A program made the translations under genes and the position numbers. From a virus, in the IMG/VR virus record IMGVR_UViG_3300008108_000039, positions 64,001 through 128,000 of that record: a stretch of DNA of 64,000 nt. One strand, 5' to 3'. The notes beneath the pieces were generated by a model. It did no database searches. It was not told the origin of the DNA and saw only the letters and a list, made by a program, of their open reading frames with translations. The first letter of the stretch is position 1. Each line of letters begins with the position of its first letter. Shown here in pieces: positions 1 to 9,134 of the stretch.

Positions 1-39
1 TTTGATTTTTTTAATAATTCCATATTATATTTTTAATGT

Positions 40-249
40 TTATAATTCTTCCTCTGTCAACTCTATTAAATTCTCAGTATGTAATATAGCAGGTATTCCT
101 GTTTCTATATTTTGACAATAAGAATGACCATCCATACCTTCTACCTCTCCAAAACAGGCAAATACAGCTCCTTCGAATGGATTTGGATTATTCTTTTTCC
201 AATTATCGTCGAAAGAATCATAATCGTATTTAACAAGTTTTATTTTCAT
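40..249 (-). CDS. hypothetical protein
   Basis: 69-aa ORF, co-oriented and tightly packed with neighbours. Confidence 0.6.
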   Translation of the reverse strand: MKIKLVKYDYDSFDDNWKKNNPNPFEGAVFACFGEVEGMDGHSYCQNIETGIPAILHTENLIELTEEEL

Positions 250-388
250 ATTTATTCATTTGATTTACAACATCTTTAATACTCTTCACCCAAGCACCTA
301 TAATATCTCTTCTCCAGTTCCAAATTGAGTTATGCGCATCCCAAATTTCTTTTGGTACTTCTACATATATGATTCTTTCCTTTTTCAT
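230..388 (-). CDS. small hypothetical protein (52 aa, MKKERIIYVEVPKEIWD...), not in ORF track
   Basis: Translated by hand; fills the gap between two minus-strand ORFs. Confidence 0.5.
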   Translation of the reverse strand: MKKERIIYVEVPKEIWDAHNSIWNWRRDIIGAWVKSIKDVVNQMNKYENKTC

Positions 389-389
389 A

Positions 390-695
390 TTAATTGTTTA
401 ATGTTTTCTCAAATAATACTTTCAATTTATCTTTAAAGATTGTCATCACTATATCTTCAGCTATGAGGTACCCGTATGGACTAAGCATATCTTCACAAAG
501 TTGATATCCTAAGAAATAGTTTTCTTCGATGCCTAACAAAGCCATTTTAGTTAAAACTCCTAGTTGGCCAATTGGATAGTGTTCTGATGGTTCTGTTCTA
601 GTCATTTCACCTATAATCTCAACTTCTAAATCTTTATTGACATGTTTCAATAGATTAATGGCGGCTATAATAACAGGACTGATTTCGTTATTCAT
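390..695 (-). CDS. hypothetical protein
   Basis: 101-aa ORF abutting queE. Confidence 0.6.
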   Translation of the reverse strand: MNNEISPVIIAAINLLKHVNKDLEVEIIGEMTRTEPSEHYPIGQLGVLTKMALLGIEENYFLGYQLCEDMLSPYGYLIAEDIVMTIFKDKLKVLFEKTLNN

Positions 696-696
696 A

Positions 697-1587
697 CTAT
701 ACGTTTAATGTTTTATTCCAAGCCGCAATATGCAAACGAGTTAAACCACGGAATCTATATTTCTTTGCCATTTCAAGACAGAATTGAGTACGCTCTTCAA
801 AATCTTTAACATCGTCTAAACCAGGCATACAAACTACATTTTTAAGTGGGATATTGAATGGTTCTACAAAATCACGGAATAGTTCCTTAACATCATCTTC
901 TGTACTAATAACAAATTTGAATTGGTAATTTTTATGTTCCATAATACGCTTAATAGCGGCAGGTACAATACGTTGTTTTTCAGTCATACCTGAGTTTGAT
1001 AACTTAGGTGAGCAGTTGATTTGATCTAATATGTCAAATAGAGGTTGATCGATATAAACTGTACCATTTGTTTCTATTTCATTATATTGGCTGTTTCCAT
1101 TTCTTTTTCTATATTTAATACTCTCTCCATTATATAATGGAACTTGTACATGGTTAGCAAAATCAACCATTGCCCAATATTTAAAGAAATTAACAATAGC
1201 TTCTTGATGACCTTTAATTGTAGGTTCACCACCAGTCCAAATAATGTGAATTAAACCACTCTTGATATCATCATATATACCCTGTTCCTTCCATCTGTCA
1301 ATTAGATATTGAAACTCTTTATCTTCACCTCTCCAAGCCCATTGTGAGAGAGAATCACACGTCCATGTTGCTTTACCTTCAGCATGAAGATCACCAACAA
1401 TTATCTCTCCATCTTCTAATAATTTATCTTTAACTATTTGATTCATATGTTTTTTGGATAGTCCGCAGCTAAGATTGCATATTCCTAGTCTTACAAAATA
1501 TGAAGGTACTCCTGTGCTTATTCCTTCTCCTTGAACGCTATAAAAGTCGCTACTAATTAATAATTTATTTGGGTCTATCTTACTCAT
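697..1587 (-). CDS. queE: 7-carboxy-7-deazaguanine synthase (radical SAM QueE)
   Basis: FYSVQGEG..G.PS.FVRL..CNL.C...CDS, TGGEP, IETNG, SPKL, RLH motifs; clustered with queC/queD. Confidence 0.9.
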   Translation of the reverse strand: MSKIDPNKLLISSDFYSVQGEGISTGVPSYFVRLGICNLSCGLSKKHMNQIVKDKLLEDGEIIVGDLHAEGKATWTCDSLSQWAWRGEDKEFQYLIDRWKEQGIYDDIKSGLIHIIWTGGEPTIKGHQEAIVNFFKYWAMVDFANHVQVPLYNGESIKYRKRNGNSQYNEIETNGTVYIDQPLFDILDQINCSPKLSNSGMTEKQRIVPAAIKRIMEHKNYQFKFVISTEDDVKELFRDFVEPFNIPLKNVVCMPGLDDVKDFEERTQFCLEMAKKYRFRGLTRLHIAAWNKTLNV

Positions 1588-1590
1588 TTT

Positions 1591-1962
1591 CTACAATTTA
1601 ATTTCATTTCTAATTTGTTCTAGGGCAGAGCTGGGCATATGTCTTACGCAGTAGTCCACAATATGCTTCAATTCATGTGGTTGTATAATCATAAATTCTA
1701 GGGAGTATTCTACATTTTCACCTAATTCAACTTCCCTTATCTGTGGTGCTACCTTAGGGTTCAATTCCACTGCTATTTTTTGAATCATGGCATCCTGAAC
1801 TACATTTAATCCATAATGCATTTTAAGTTCTGATACAAGCTCTTTAGGATACTGTACTTTAACAGTGTAGAAGTTATTTTCTAGTACCTTACCCTGTTTA
1901 TAATCGGTTAGAGCTTTAAGCAAGTCTCTATGTAGTTCTATACCTTCTAGATTTACACTCAT
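1591..1962 (-). CDS. hypothetical protein
   Basis: 123-aa ORF in operon. Confidence 0.6.
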   Translation of the reverse strand: MSVNLEGIELHRDLLKALTDYKQGKVLENNFYTVKVQYPKELVSELKMHYGLNVVQDAMIQKIAVELNPKVAPQIREVELGENVEYSLEFMIIQPHELKHIVDYCVRHMPSSALEQIRNEIKL

Positions 1963-2159
1963 TTTCTACGATTTGATTTTTTAGCAGGAGCTTTTTCTTC
2001 AGCTTGTACTTCAGGTTTTGGTTCCGGTTCGGGAGTACGATTAGATGACTTCCACTCTGATTTTGAAACATACTGCCAGGTACGGCCTACCATTTGATAG
2101 GCCTGTCTATCATCTACTCTAACGATGTTACCTGTTTTTGAATTTTTGATACACTTCAT
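1959..2159 (-). CDS. hypothetical protein (probable start MKCIK)
   Basis: ATGA overlap with the upstream small ORF supports the start at 2159. Confidence 0.6.
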   Translation of the reverse strand: MKCIKNSKTGNIVRVDDRQAYQMVGRTWQYVSKSEWKSSNRTPEPEPKPEVQAEEKAPAKKSNRRK

Positions 2160-2281
2160 AGTTTCCTCCATGTTTTTAGATAATTAAATATACAAAATAA
2201 ATTTGGCCATTCAGTAATTGCTATAAGACTAAAATGTTTTTCACCACATAATCCTAATATATGTTCTATAATATGTATCAT
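2156..2281 (-). CDS. small hypothetical protein (41 aa, MIHIIEHILGLCGEKH...), not in ORF track
   Basis: Translated by hand; ATGA overlaps at both ends suggest translational coupling. Confidence 0.55.
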   Translation of the reverse strand: MIHIIEHILGLCGEKHFSLIAITEWPNLFCIFNYLKTWRKL

Positions 2282-2526
2282 TTTTTCTTTTTAAAATATA
2301 CAGTACCTGCAGTACCGATAAACGCACCTAATACAGCTGCTATAATTAATGATTTATCTTCAACATAACTAGTAGTAATAAAAGAACTTGCTACAATAAT
2401 AAGAGAGGACCAAATACCAGCAGCTATTGCTTTACGTTCTTCTACTTTAATAAAATAATAAGTCCAACAAACATCAGCTATAATCATAGCTACCATAACA
2501 CCTATAAAACTTAATATATAACTCAT
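2278..2526 (-). CDS. small membrane protein (about 3 TM helices)
   Basis: Three hydrophobic segments and a basic C-terminal KKKK. Confidence 0.65.
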   Translation of the reverse strand: MSYILSFIGVMVAMIIADVCWTYYFIKVEERKAIAAGIWSSLIIVASSFITTSYVEDKSLIIAAVLGAFIGTAGTVYFKKKK

Positions 2527-2541
2527 AATTTTAAAATTAAA

Positions 2542-2567
2542 AATATCCCCTTAATACAGGGGATATT
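2542..2567 (-). terminator. intrinsic terminator
   Basis: AATATCCCCT-gtatta-AGGGGATATT hairpin followed by a T-run on the minus strand. Confidence 0.7.
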
Positions 2568-2583
2568 ACTTGAAATTAGTGAA

Positions 2584-2793
2584 TTAAGCTAATTCACTGT
2601 TTTTGATTCTACGACGAGACATGTTATACATCGCACTTGCAAGATCACCGTTTACTCCACGTTCACCACGTAACACGTAGTTTACATAACGAGAAGTAAG
2701 ACCAGTTGTTTCTGCAAGACGTGTAGTGTCTCCTTGGCGTTTGCGTGCTGTAAAAAAAGCAAGCTTAGCTGTTTTGTTTAGTCTTCTTGACAT
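2584..2793 (-). CDS. small basic, probably HTH-like DNA-binding protein
   Basis: Arg-rich; RLAETTGLTSRYVNYVLRGER resembles an XRE-type HTH. Confidence 0.5.
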   Translation of the reverse strand: MSRRLNKTAKLAFFTARKRQGDTTRLAETTGLTSRYVNYVLRGERGVNGDLASAMYNMSRRRIKNSELA

Positions 2794-2795
2794 AA

Positions 2796-3107
2796 CTATA
2801 TTTGGTTTTGATTTAAATATTCTTCTATCTTTATTCCTTTTTCTTTCTCTTGATGATGGAAATCTCTATGACAATTGGAACAAAGAATAACACATTTATC
2901 TATTTCTTGTTTTATTCGTTTCCAACTATATCTAAAACCTTGGCTTATTTTAAAATTTTTTTCTTTAGGATCAATATGGTGAAAATCAAGTAAATGATTT
3001 TTATCTTCTCCACATTTTAAACACGACAATGAATTTTTAAAATCATTTATTTTTTCACGTTGTTGTTTTACATATGTCCTTCTATAGTTTTTTTTAACTT
3101 CTAACAT
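2796..3107 (-). CDS. HNH endonuclease (probable homing endonuclease)
   Basis: CxxCG...LDFHHIDP..K...C..LC.NCHR..H. Confidence 0.85.
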   Translation of the reverse strand: MLEVKKNYRRTYVKQQREKINDFKNSLSCLKCGEDKNHLLDFHHIDPKEKNFKISQGFRYSWKRIKQEIDKCVILCSNCHRDFHHQEKEKGIKIEEYLNQNQI

Positions 3108-3978
3108 TGTTTAGTTTACTATGTTCAACTAAAACTTTTAAAACATGATCACGAGCCGTTTCCCAACTTACAGGTCCGTTTTCTAGATCTGCATATGCTA
3201 CAGGATCAGGACGTCCTAGTTTAATAAATGCTTCTATACGTTCTACAGATGCTGCTGATTTATAATCGGAATACCATGTACCTGATGTTACTATGTCTGC
3301 CCAAGCATGTTTAATGAAAATTGGTTTATAAGACGTATTGGTACGGCTATATACTTCATCAAAGTTTAAACCTAATTTTTCACAACATTTCAAACCATCT
3401 TCCAATATTTCAAATTTACTTCCTTCAAGATATGGAGTATAGAAACTAACTAATTCTGAATCCCAATTTCCGATTTTAAATGCTTCAAAATCAGCATCTC
3501 TAAATTCCTGTCTACAATCAGGGTATATGGCATGGTCACCAGCGTGAATACCTAATGCAATTTCTACTGGTTGTTTTTCACCTTTAGTTGCTAATGACAA
3601 TGCTACTGCTTGAATAATTGAACTAAATATCTTATTACGATTAGGAACAACAGTTTCTTTCATATTGTCCTGTTCGTAATGTCCTTCAGGAACATCTTGT
3701 CCACCTGTTACTAAAGCTGAATTTAGTAATTGCTGTAAACCATCTAGTTTGATAATCTGATGCTTAATTGGAGTAGTCCATTTATCTGAATGTTTAGCAA
3801 ATTCAGTTTGAATGTACTTAACTAATTCAGTAGCACGCTCTAATTCTACTTTATGTTTTTGTCCATAATCAAATGATAGAGCTGTTACTTCATAACCGTT
3901 TGCAAGTAGGTGTAATAATAATGAACTGCTATCCATACCACCTGATAGTGATAATACTGCTTTTTTATTTTGTGACAT
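3094..3978 (-). CDS. queC: 7-cyano-7-deazaguanine synthase QueC
   Basis: SGGMDS PP-loop, FDYGQKH, VPNRN, YPDCR. Confidence 0.93.
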   Translation of the reverse strand: MSQNKKAVLSLSGGMDSSSLLLHLLANGYEVTALSFDYGQKHKVELERATELVKYIQTEFAKHSDKWTTPIKHQIIKLDGLQQLLNSALVTGGQDVPEGHYEQDNMKETVVPNRNKIFSSIIQAVALSLATKGEKQPVEIALGIHAGDHAIYPDCRQEFRDADFEAFKIGNWDSELVSFYTPYLEGSKFEILEDGLKCCEKLGLNFDEVYSRTNTSYKPIFIKHAWADIVTSGTWYSDYKSAASVERIEAFIKLGRPDPVAYADLENGPVSWETARDHVLKVLVEHSKLNNVRS

Positions 3979-3987
3979 ATGAATTAT

Positions 3988-4194
3988 TTATTGATTTAAA
4001 TTACCTGCAGCCTTAAAATATAATTCTAAAAATGTTTTTGGATATAAACAAACTTCTCCTGAATAAGATGGGTTTGAAATTGTTCTTGTTTTAATTTTAA
4101 TACCAATTGATGTAGCTACTTCTGCTACTTGTTTTCCTAAATTTTTACCTGCGGCTTTACCTAAGAAATCATAAAGTGATACAAAATTTTCCAT
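3988..4194 (-). CDS. hypothetical protein
   Basis: 68-aa ORF inside the que cluster. Confidence 0.6.
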   Translation of the reverse strand: MENFVSLYDFLGKAAGKNLGKQVAEVATSIGIKIKTRTISNPSYSGEVCLYPKTFLELYFKAAGNLNQ

Positions 4195-4209
4195 AACTTA
4201 ATTTGTTTT

Positions 4210-5001
4210 TTATTTAATAAATGATTTAAACCTTTGTACATTAAAGATAATATCTTCTATTTTGTCTTCCAAATTTTTCTCAAAATAATATTCTAATTTA
4301 TGTTCCGGTTTGAAATTAATTCCACTATCATGATAACGAACACCTTCAGCTCCAACTAAAATAGGATTAGACGTATCTACTGATTTAATAAATGGCCAAT
4401 CTTTATAAGACATGAATTCTTGAGGTAATGAACATCCTAATAAATGATGATATATGTCTTTTCTTATAGTATTTTTTTCAACTAAGCGTCTAATAAGTTC
4501 CATTCTACCATACATTTGCTTTTTTAATTTAGGCATACTACTTTCATATTCTTTCTCATATGCTATACTAGAATGGTTAAAAGCAATATGAGTATATCCT
4601 AAGTCAACCAATGTTTGATAAGTTGTAATTAATTCTCCCATAGTTTTACCCTGGCATACAGCCATTAGATTTGTTTCTTTAGGTAAATATTGTTTGTAAT
4701 TAATTATCCAACTTTTAGCATTAACTAAAGTAGTAGTAGCATCATTCCAGGCATCAGGTACAATGAATATATTTGGTTTAATTAAATTAATTTTTTCTAA
4801 TAAATCTTCTATTGTGTGAGTTACTCCCTCAAATAGACCATTATCACAGATTATAAATGAACCTGGTTTTTCTCTATATTCTAACATATGAGTTTTATAT
4901 TGAGGGTATTGGTCTGTTAAATGAGGTAAAACATATTGATAATCATTCCATTCTAAACTTTCCTTTAAAAAACATAAAGATACTTCATGACTAACCTTCA
5001 T
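4210..5001 (-). CDS. TGT-fold protein, probable DpdA-like deazaguanine DNA transglycosylase
   Basis: DNG..E, VPD, AVCQG, HLLG and SVDTS motifs in TGT order; lies between queD and queC. Confidence 0.6.
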   Translation of the reverse strand: MKVSHEVSLCFLKESLEWNDYQYVLPHLTDQYPQYKTHMLEYREKPGSFIICDNGLFEGVTHTIEDLLEKINLIKPNIFIVPDAWNDATTTLVNAKSWIINYKQYLPKETNLMAVCQGKTMGELITTYQTLVDLGYTHIAFNHSSIAYEKEYESSMPKLKKQMYGRMELIRRLVEKNTIRKDIYHHLLGCSLPQEFMSYKDWPFIKSVDTSNPILVGAEGVRYHDSGINFKPEHKLEYYFEKNLEDKIEDIIFNVQRFKSFIK

Positions 5002-5455
5002 ATATAGCTGTATTTTTACTATGTTCCATAAATTCTACTCTTACAACTTTAACTCTACCACTAGTTTCTTCTTGAATAAATGTATTTAATTTATCATAAA
5101 TAAATTTAGCAAATTGTTCTGCTCCTACAGCTGGTATTATTCTTAATTGTATTATGCCTAGTTGATCCATTGTTTTAAATCCACCTAATCCTGGGTCATC
5201 TTCTGCTACAATTGTAGTATGATCAAACATATAATCCATCCATGCTTTAGGATTTTTACCATCAATAGTACCTTTAGCTCTTTTCATCCCTCCAAAATCC
5301 CAAACCCAGTTTCTTTCATCTAAATCACCTTCAAACCACACTCTAAATGATACTCCATATCCGTGGAGAAATTTACAATGAGTTCCTTCTGCTTTCCATT
5401 GGCGAAATACAGTACTATATCCATCAAACAATTTTGTTGATTGAAATTTTGGCAT
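4991..5455 (-). CDS. queD: 6-carboxy-5,6,7,8-tetrahydropterin synthase QueD
   Basis: HCxxLHGY, WVWDFG, FDHT, AE and C-terminal E..N.A motifs. Confidence 0.88.
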   Translation of the reverse strand: MPKFQSTKLFDGYSTVFRQWKAEGTHCKFLHGYGVSFRVWFEGDLDERNWVWDFGGMKRAKGTIDGKNPKAWMDYMFDHTTIVAEDDPGLGGFKTMDQLGIIQLRIIPAVGAEQFAKFIYDKLNTFIQEETSGRVKVVRVEFMEHSKNTAIYEG

Positions 5456-5458
5456 AAT

Positions 5459-5662
5459 TTAATTTTTATAAGTAACGCTTGGTCTAAACAATATAGTGGC
5501 TAATAAATTTAGTCCTACTGCTTGCCAGAATGAAATAGAAGGCAAACTAAATAAACTAGGCATTAACCAATTCCACAATAGTTGTAATGGTAATCCTAAT
5601 AATAAAACTACTATTAAAACTAAAAATACAACGTACAAAACAGTGTTAAAATTATTCTTCAT
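5459..5662 (-). CDS. small membrane protein
   Basis: Hydrophobic; LWNWLMP.LF.LP.ISFWQA.GL. Confidence 0.65.
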   Translation of the reverse strand: MKNNFNTVLYVVFLVLIVVLLLGLPLQLLWNWLMPSLFSLPSISFWQAVGLNLLATILFRPSVTYKN

Positions 5663-5822
5663 TTTCTATATTATTTATTATTCCATTTAATGATTGTTCA
5701 ATTTTAGAAACAATTGCTAATAATTCATTTAGCATATCCATTTGTTCTTCAGGAGTTGATACACTTATATTTTTTTGTATTTCAAGTACTCTTTCGTGTA
5801 CTGTTTTATCTATTTCTTCCAT
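5652..5822 (-). CDS. small acidic helical protein (56 aa, MEEIDKTVHERVLE...), not in ORF track
   Basis: Translated by hand; fills the gap exactly. Confidence 0.55.
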   Translation of the reverse strand: MEEIDKTVHERVLEIQKNISVSTPEEQMDMLNELLAIVSKIEQSLNGIINNIENEE

Positions 5823-5823
5823 C

Positions 5824-6045
<222 letters not shown>

Positions 6046-6099
6046 CTATAAACACCATTAATTATATTTTGTACAAGATTGTCATGCATAGTTATATAT

Positions 6100-6291
6100 T
6101 TAATCATCTGATTCAACTACATGATTCATCACAGTAACACTATTAATATTACCAAGTGGAGGTGGAGTTCCTGTAGTAATAGTTGCGTGAGTCTGTTGAG
6201 GACAAGCAACACACATAATTGTAGTGGGAGAATACACTCTTTTACATTTAGGACATTCCCAACCTTGTTGTATAAAATTTGTTTGAAACAT
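6100..6291 (-). CDS. small zinc-ribbon protein
   Basis: GWECPKC.RVYSP....CVAC. Confidence 0.65.
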   Translation of the reverse strand: MFQTNFIQQGWECPKCKRVYSPTTIMCVACPQQTHATITTGTPPPLGNINSVTVMNHVVESDD

Positions 6292-6317
6292 ATATTAATT
6301 TTTAAATATTAATTTCA

Positions 6318-6905
6318 TCATTTATAATCCCATTTATAATTTTTATATTGTTCTCTTCTACCTTTACAGCATTGAATAATATATATTTCACTTAATTTTA
6401 AAGAACTAGATGCTTCTTTTATTGTGTTCCACTCTTTAATAACGTTTCCCTCTAAATCTTTTTGATATACTTGTTTATTATTTTTTCTATTCTGGTATGA
6501 TGGGTGGTTTTGTTTAGCTAATGATATTTTAAGATTATGTTCTGGTGTAAATTTTCTACCTTTTAACTTTTTATTTCTGTTTTTAATAGATTGTTCAGAC
6601 CATTTTATTCCTTTTGATCCACTTTCACCACCTTCACTTTTATTAACTAATATACCATTTTCTTCATATCCTACTCTACCATATAATTTAATATAGTATT
6701 GTTCTTTATTAGCAGCTTGTTCTAATGTTAGATCATTATGAACTAATTCAACAATAGGATTACCATGTTTTTTAACATAATTTATCCAATGTTTATTTCG
6801 TCCTCTGCCTTTATCCCATGCTCTTCTATCTAATCCTAATCCAACATAGAATATTTCTTTTGTTATTGGATTACGATGGAAGTAAATATAATATGTATTT
6901 ATCAT
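6318..6905 (-). CDS. GIY-YIG-like homing endonuclease with NUMOD3/NUMOD1 DNA-binding repeats
   Basis: YYIY.H.....IFYVG.G...R, E...I..YG, N...GGE; PEHNLKISLA; VYQ.D..G..IKEW..IKEA; directly downstream of RNR. Confidence 0.8.
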   Translation of the reverse strand: MINTYYIYFHRNPITKEIFYVGLGLDRRAWDKGRGRNKHWINYVKKHGNPIVELVHNDLTLEQAANKEQYYIKLYGRVGYEENGILVNKSEGGESGSKGIKWSEQSIKNRNKKLKGRKFTPEHNLKISLAKQNHPSYQNRKNNKQVYQKDLEGNVIKEWNTIKEASSSLKLSEIYIIQCCKGRREQYKNYKWDYK

Positions 6906-6939
6906 CGATATTTGTTGTTTTAGTCGATAATAAATATTA

Positions 6940-6958
6940 GGGCCCTCAATGAGGGCCC
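6940..6958 (-). terminator. hairpin/terminator after RNR
   Basis: GGGCCCTC-att-GAGGGCCC perfect 8-bp stem; weak U-tract. Confidence 0.6.
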
Positions 6959-6965
6959 ATTTTAT

Positions 6966-8816
6966 TTATATTTCACAGTTATTCCCAGCGCAGGCGAGAT
7001 TTTCCCCTAACACTGTATTGTCGTCAAATTCTACCACCTTACTTAAATCTACAGAATGAAGATGATTTACCATTTTGTTAAATTGTTCTTCAGTGATTGT
7101 TTCAAAAGGTGCTTGAGTATAAGTGTGATCTGAGAAAGGCAAAACTGATAGACCATTAAATGTGTCCTTATATTTCCACATCCATTCTCCTACTTCTTTC
7201 CATTCTTCATTTCTAACAGATATAGTTGCAGATACATTATTTGTATTAGCTCCCTTACGATGGCCTTTTCTTACCCACTCCATATTAAACTTTCTAACAC
7301 GTTCTAATAACATCAATGCTGATTCTTCACTGCGTATAATAGCACCTTCTGGTGCTTTTTGTGGAATAGATATTACAGCTTGGATAGTAGGTTTAAAGAA
7401 ATCGTCTTCTAATAGTTCTGGGTGGTGAATTGCTAGATGAGTATAGATTGCTTCGTTTTTGCCTACTCTAATACGTCTGATATAATGTTTATCATGCCAG
7501 CTATGAATACCACTGCTACTTCCTAATACTAATGATGAAGTACCTGATGGTTTAACTGTAGTTACACGAGCTGCTTTATTTACACCAATAAGTTCAGCAA
7601 CACGAGCATTTTCTTCTTTAGCTAAATCAGCTGCTTTCTTTAAATCATATTTTAGTACAGCTCCTGATCCAATACCTGTCATACCAACACCTAATAAAGC
7701 ATCTTTTTCAGTTGTTTTTTGCCATATATCTCTTAAGTAATGGAAATTAGTATAGGCGGCTTGTAATGTACCAATAAAGGCACCTACACGTACTCTTTCA
7801 TTTAAATCTTCTTGTGATTCAACATTTGAAACATTTATTTCACATAAATTACAAAATTGGAAAGGACGTAAAGCAATTTCACAACATGGATTTGTTCCCC
7901 AATCTTTATCATTGCTAAAGTAAATACCCGGTTCACCAGATCCACTTAATTCAATTTTCTTCCATAATTTATAAAATTCTTCTTCATCAATTTTATGACG
8001 TAATACTACTGCTGAGTTGTTGGCACGGCCACGTTGAGGGTTTTCTTCCCACCAGTTACCAAATTTACAAGTCAACATTTCTTCATCATCCAAATCAAAT
8101 AATGCAATAAGAGCAGCACGACGAATACCTCCACTTAATACAGCATCAGCAATATGACAAGCCATATCATGAACTTCTACTGATGATAATTTTTCACCAT
8201 TTTTCTTGCGCTCAAATATTTTTTGTAAATTAAATAAACATTCTTTTAATGGCTCAGGACCAGGTGCTTTACCACCTACAGTAATTAATTGAGCACCTTT
8301 AGGACGAATATCTCTAAAGTCAAATAGTGGAAGTGGAGCTCCCTGAAAATATGCTTTGCAAAGCATTCTAACAGCATCTGCCCATCCTTCAATACTATCT
8401 CCTACTAAATATCTTTTATGTTTAGTTGGAATTTTAATTTCAGGTAGTTTTTCAATATGATGTGTTTGAACTGAGTATCCTACTCCACATCCTGAAAGTA
8501 ATAAAAACATTATTTCACTAAATGCTCTCCAATCATCAATAGGAAGAAAAGAACAATTAAATATACGAGCATTATTAAGTTCAATGGGCTTACCAGCGAA
8601 TTGCAAACTGCGCATTGAAGGCAAGACTTTTTTAGCATAAACCAATTTATAGGCTTCTTCGATTTCATCTTTTAATTGAGGGAATTTATTTTGATGCATT
8701 TCTTTATTTCTCGTAACCAATTCTTCCCAAGTTTCTCTTCTATTTACTTCAGGTCTGAATTTTGCATACTTCATATAAGTGGTAATATCACTTAATATAT
8801 TTTGTGTTACATCCAT
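6966..8816 (-). CDS. nrdJ: class II (adenosylcobalamin-dependent) ribonucleotide reductase
   Basis: RRETW.E...R, PSMR, NC, G.GVG, GGIRRAA.I, GEPG, TNPC.EI, TTVKPSGT and C-terminal C...C; no beta-subunit gene adjacent. Confidence 0.9.
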   Translation of the reverse strand: MDVTQNILSDITTYMKYAKFRPEVNRRETWEELVTRNKEMHQNKFPQLKDEIEEAYKLVYAKKVLPSMRSLQFAGKPIELNNARIFNCSFLPIDDWRAFSEIMFLLLSGCGVGYSVQTHHIEKLPEIKIPTKHKRYLVGDSIEGWADAVRMLCKAYFQGAPLPLFDFRDIRPKGAQLITVGGKAPGPEPLKECLFNLQKIFERKKNGEKLSSVEVHDMACHIADAVLSGGIRRAALIALFDLDDEEMLTCKFGNWWEENPQRGRANNSAVVLRHKIDEEEFYKLWKKIELSGSGEPGIYFSNDKDWGTNPCCEIALRPFQFCNLCEINVSNVESQEDLNERVRVGAFIGTLQAAYTNFHYLRDIWQKTTEKDALLGVGMTGIGSGAVLKYDLKKAADLAKEENARVAELIGVNKAARVTTVKPSGTSSLVLGSSSGIHSWHDKHYIRRIRVGKNEAIYTHLAIHHPELLEDDFFKPTIQAVISIPQKAPEGAIIRSEESALMLLERVRKFNMEWVRKGHRKGANTNNVSATISVRNEEWKEVGEWMWKYKDTFNGLSVLPFSDHTYTQAPFETITEEQFNKMVNHLHSVDLSKVVEFDDNTVLGENLACAGNNCEI

Positions 8817-8835
8817 TTTTTTATTGTTTTTGTTA

Positions 8836-9096
8836 TTAAATAAGTGAATTAATAGTATCTACATATATAGATTTTGATTGTATCCCAGAAAAACGTTGTT
8901 TAGCAACTCCATCTTTGAAAAATATAACTGTTGGTACACTAGTTATCATATTATTTGATACTTCATTAGGAGATGCATCTACATCTATTGTTTCAAATTG
9001 TACATTTGGAAATAATCCTTCTAATTGTTCAAAAAGAGGAGCAAGCTGTTTGCATGGAGAGCACCAGCTCGCCGTAAATCTTTTAACCTTTATCAT
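8836..9096 (-). CDS. trxA: thioredoxin (probable start MIKVKRF)
   Basis: F.ASWCSPCK, DVD, SVPT; an ATATTTAT motif lies between the two candidate starts. Confidence 0.88.
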   Translation of the reverse strand: MIKVKRFTASWCSPCKQLAPLFEQLEGLFPNVQFETIDVDASPNEVSNNMITSVPTVIFFKDGVAKQRFSGIQSKSIYVDTINSLI

Positions 9097-9134
9097 AATT
9101 TTATTTTGTGTAGTTATAAATATAGCACATATCA

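Noticed and set aside
1-23. ORF start MELLKKI at the left edge as a possible folE
   Set aside because: Only 7 codons are visible, so it cannot be assigned.
6318-8816. Intron or intein in nrdJ associated with the adjacent endonuclease
   Set aside because: nrdJ is continuous through its C-terminal Cys pair; the endonuclease lies after a hairpin and has its own promoter motif, so it is free-standing.
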